Part shown: positions 62,665 through 64,000 of the stretch, piece after piece
Numbering within the stretch: position 1 is the stretch's first letter
Layout: each line of letters opens with the position of its first letter
Origin: Negaprion brevirostris
Lineage: Eukaryota
NCBI GenBank assembly: GCA_030324005.1
Contig: JARDVH010000097.1
Coordinates: 61,183,278-61,247,277 of the forward strand
Length of the DNA stretch: 64,000 bases
Reading direction: 5' to 3'
Made by a program: the position numbers and the translations under genes
Notes under the pieces: model-generated
What the model saw: only the letters and a program-made list of their open reading frames with translations
Told to the model about the DNA's origin: nothing
Database searches by the model: none

Positions 62665-63587
62665 ATTAGTTCAGTAGGATTTTTTTTTAAGTGAAGTGAA
62701 TTGTTGGCTTTGCTTGATTGACATCTTTATGTGGTTATAATAAGTTGTACTTTGTGATCTATTTTGTCAATGTCTCAGTGTTTATTTAGTCAAGACTAAG
62801 AGGTGGGAAGTATCTGAAGCCTCTGTTATTGATAATCCAGTAAGTAGTCTGGCTGATTGACATTTTCCTAAGGTTGTGGGAACAGCAATTTTATTTGAAA
62901 GTACATTCCTGAACGGGTGTTTTACTTTCTCAGCAGTTCCACACTTGCCATTGTTATTATATGGCCCATTGGTTCTGTATATAGTGAATACTAATTGAGT
63001 GAGCAAAGAAAGGGCATGAGTTGGTATGGAGAGTGTGAAAGACCATGAGAAGTGGATGGGGGACTTTGGTTGGCATTGAGTTGGCATGGAGTGTATGAGG
63101 GGCCATGAGAATTAGCTGGGGAGCTTGGGTTTGAACTTACCTTTCAAAGAGTTCCTGAATCTAGACTATGACTCATGAATCCTCTAAGGAACCACAAACT
63201 ACAAGTCATGGAAAAGCTAACCCAACTCCATGAAAATTGTGGGAGTTTGGGGATGCAAACTCACACAATGGAACCAGCCAGATCTGGAGTAAAGGCTGCA
63301 CCTTTATCTCAGCCTGAGGAAGATTGTCACTATATGAGTATGGTAGTGGGTATCTCAGAATTTGGTCCCACCTGCCATTTTTAAATAACTCCAGAGTTGT
63401 CCCGGCTCTGCAAAATCTAGTCCTAGGTTGTTTTGTCCTCCAGGGGCGGGGATACTAAGAATTTTAAGAGTACAGAATGATTTCACACAGCAGCCAATGA
63501 GGAGATAAAACTTGCATTCCATTAATTTTGCTTGGATTCAAATCTAAGTCATGGAGGTTTCCCTGTGAAGTCATTGTAGCATTGAAT

Positions 63588-63875
63588 AAAGTTTATTAGT
63601 CACAAGTAGGCTTACATGCACACTGCAGTGAAGTTATGTGAAAATCCCCTAGTCGTCACACACTGGCACCTTGTTTGGTAACACTGAGGGAGAATTTAAC
63701 ATGGCCAGTGCACCTAACCTGCACATCTTTGGACTGTGCACCCAGAGGAAACCCTCTTAGACACAGGGAGAACTTGCAAACTTCACACAGACACTGACCC
63801 AAGCCGAGAATTGAACCCAGGTCCCATGGCGCTGTGAAGCAGCAGTGCTAATCACTGTGCTATCATGCCACCCAG
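63588..63875 (-). mobile_element. HE1-headed V-SINE with alternative (non-CR1) tail
   Basis: Head and V-domain like HE1. Tail aaagtttattagtcacaagtaggcttacatgcacactgcagtgaagtta differs from the ...gattctatg tail of the other copies. Confidence 0.88.
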
Positions 63876-64000
63876 TAAGTTTGTTTCAGTAAAATAAGAG
63901 ACAGTTCAAGAATACAACTTTAAGTATTTCATGTAAAATTATACTCTTCTATAATTTACAATGTAGCACACATTCTTTTTGAACTCTGATAAATAACAAA

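Overview
Repeat-rich, apparently non-coding vertebrate genomic DNA (intronic or intergenic) with 16 assembly gaps. The repeat repertoire points to a cartilaginous fish, probably a shark: HE1-type V-SINEs, CR1/HER1 3' ends, SacSINE1/Deu-domain SINEs, L2, RTE, Rex-Babar, Penelope-type inverted termini, and Harbinger remnants with many GGG...CCC-terminated MITEs. I could not identify any intact host protein-coding exon. The supplied ORFs are TE fragments, N-gap artefacts or chance. Most notable observations: (1) a U2 snRNA 5' head fused to unrelated sequence (candidate SINEU-like or Keno/Utopia-related element); (2) a LINE whose tRNA-like 5' region runs into an APE endonuclease and which shares both ends with short SINE-like copies; (3) inverted Penelope-type termini carrying minimal hammerhead-ribozyme-like cores; (4) HE1 SINEs with two alternative 3' tails; (5) spliced Harbinger Myb/SANT and transposase relics; (6) a long inverted repeat; (7) several TE-free, CNE-like islands, one with an RFX X-box. 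Family assignments come from motif recognition by eye, not database searches, and boundaries are approximate.
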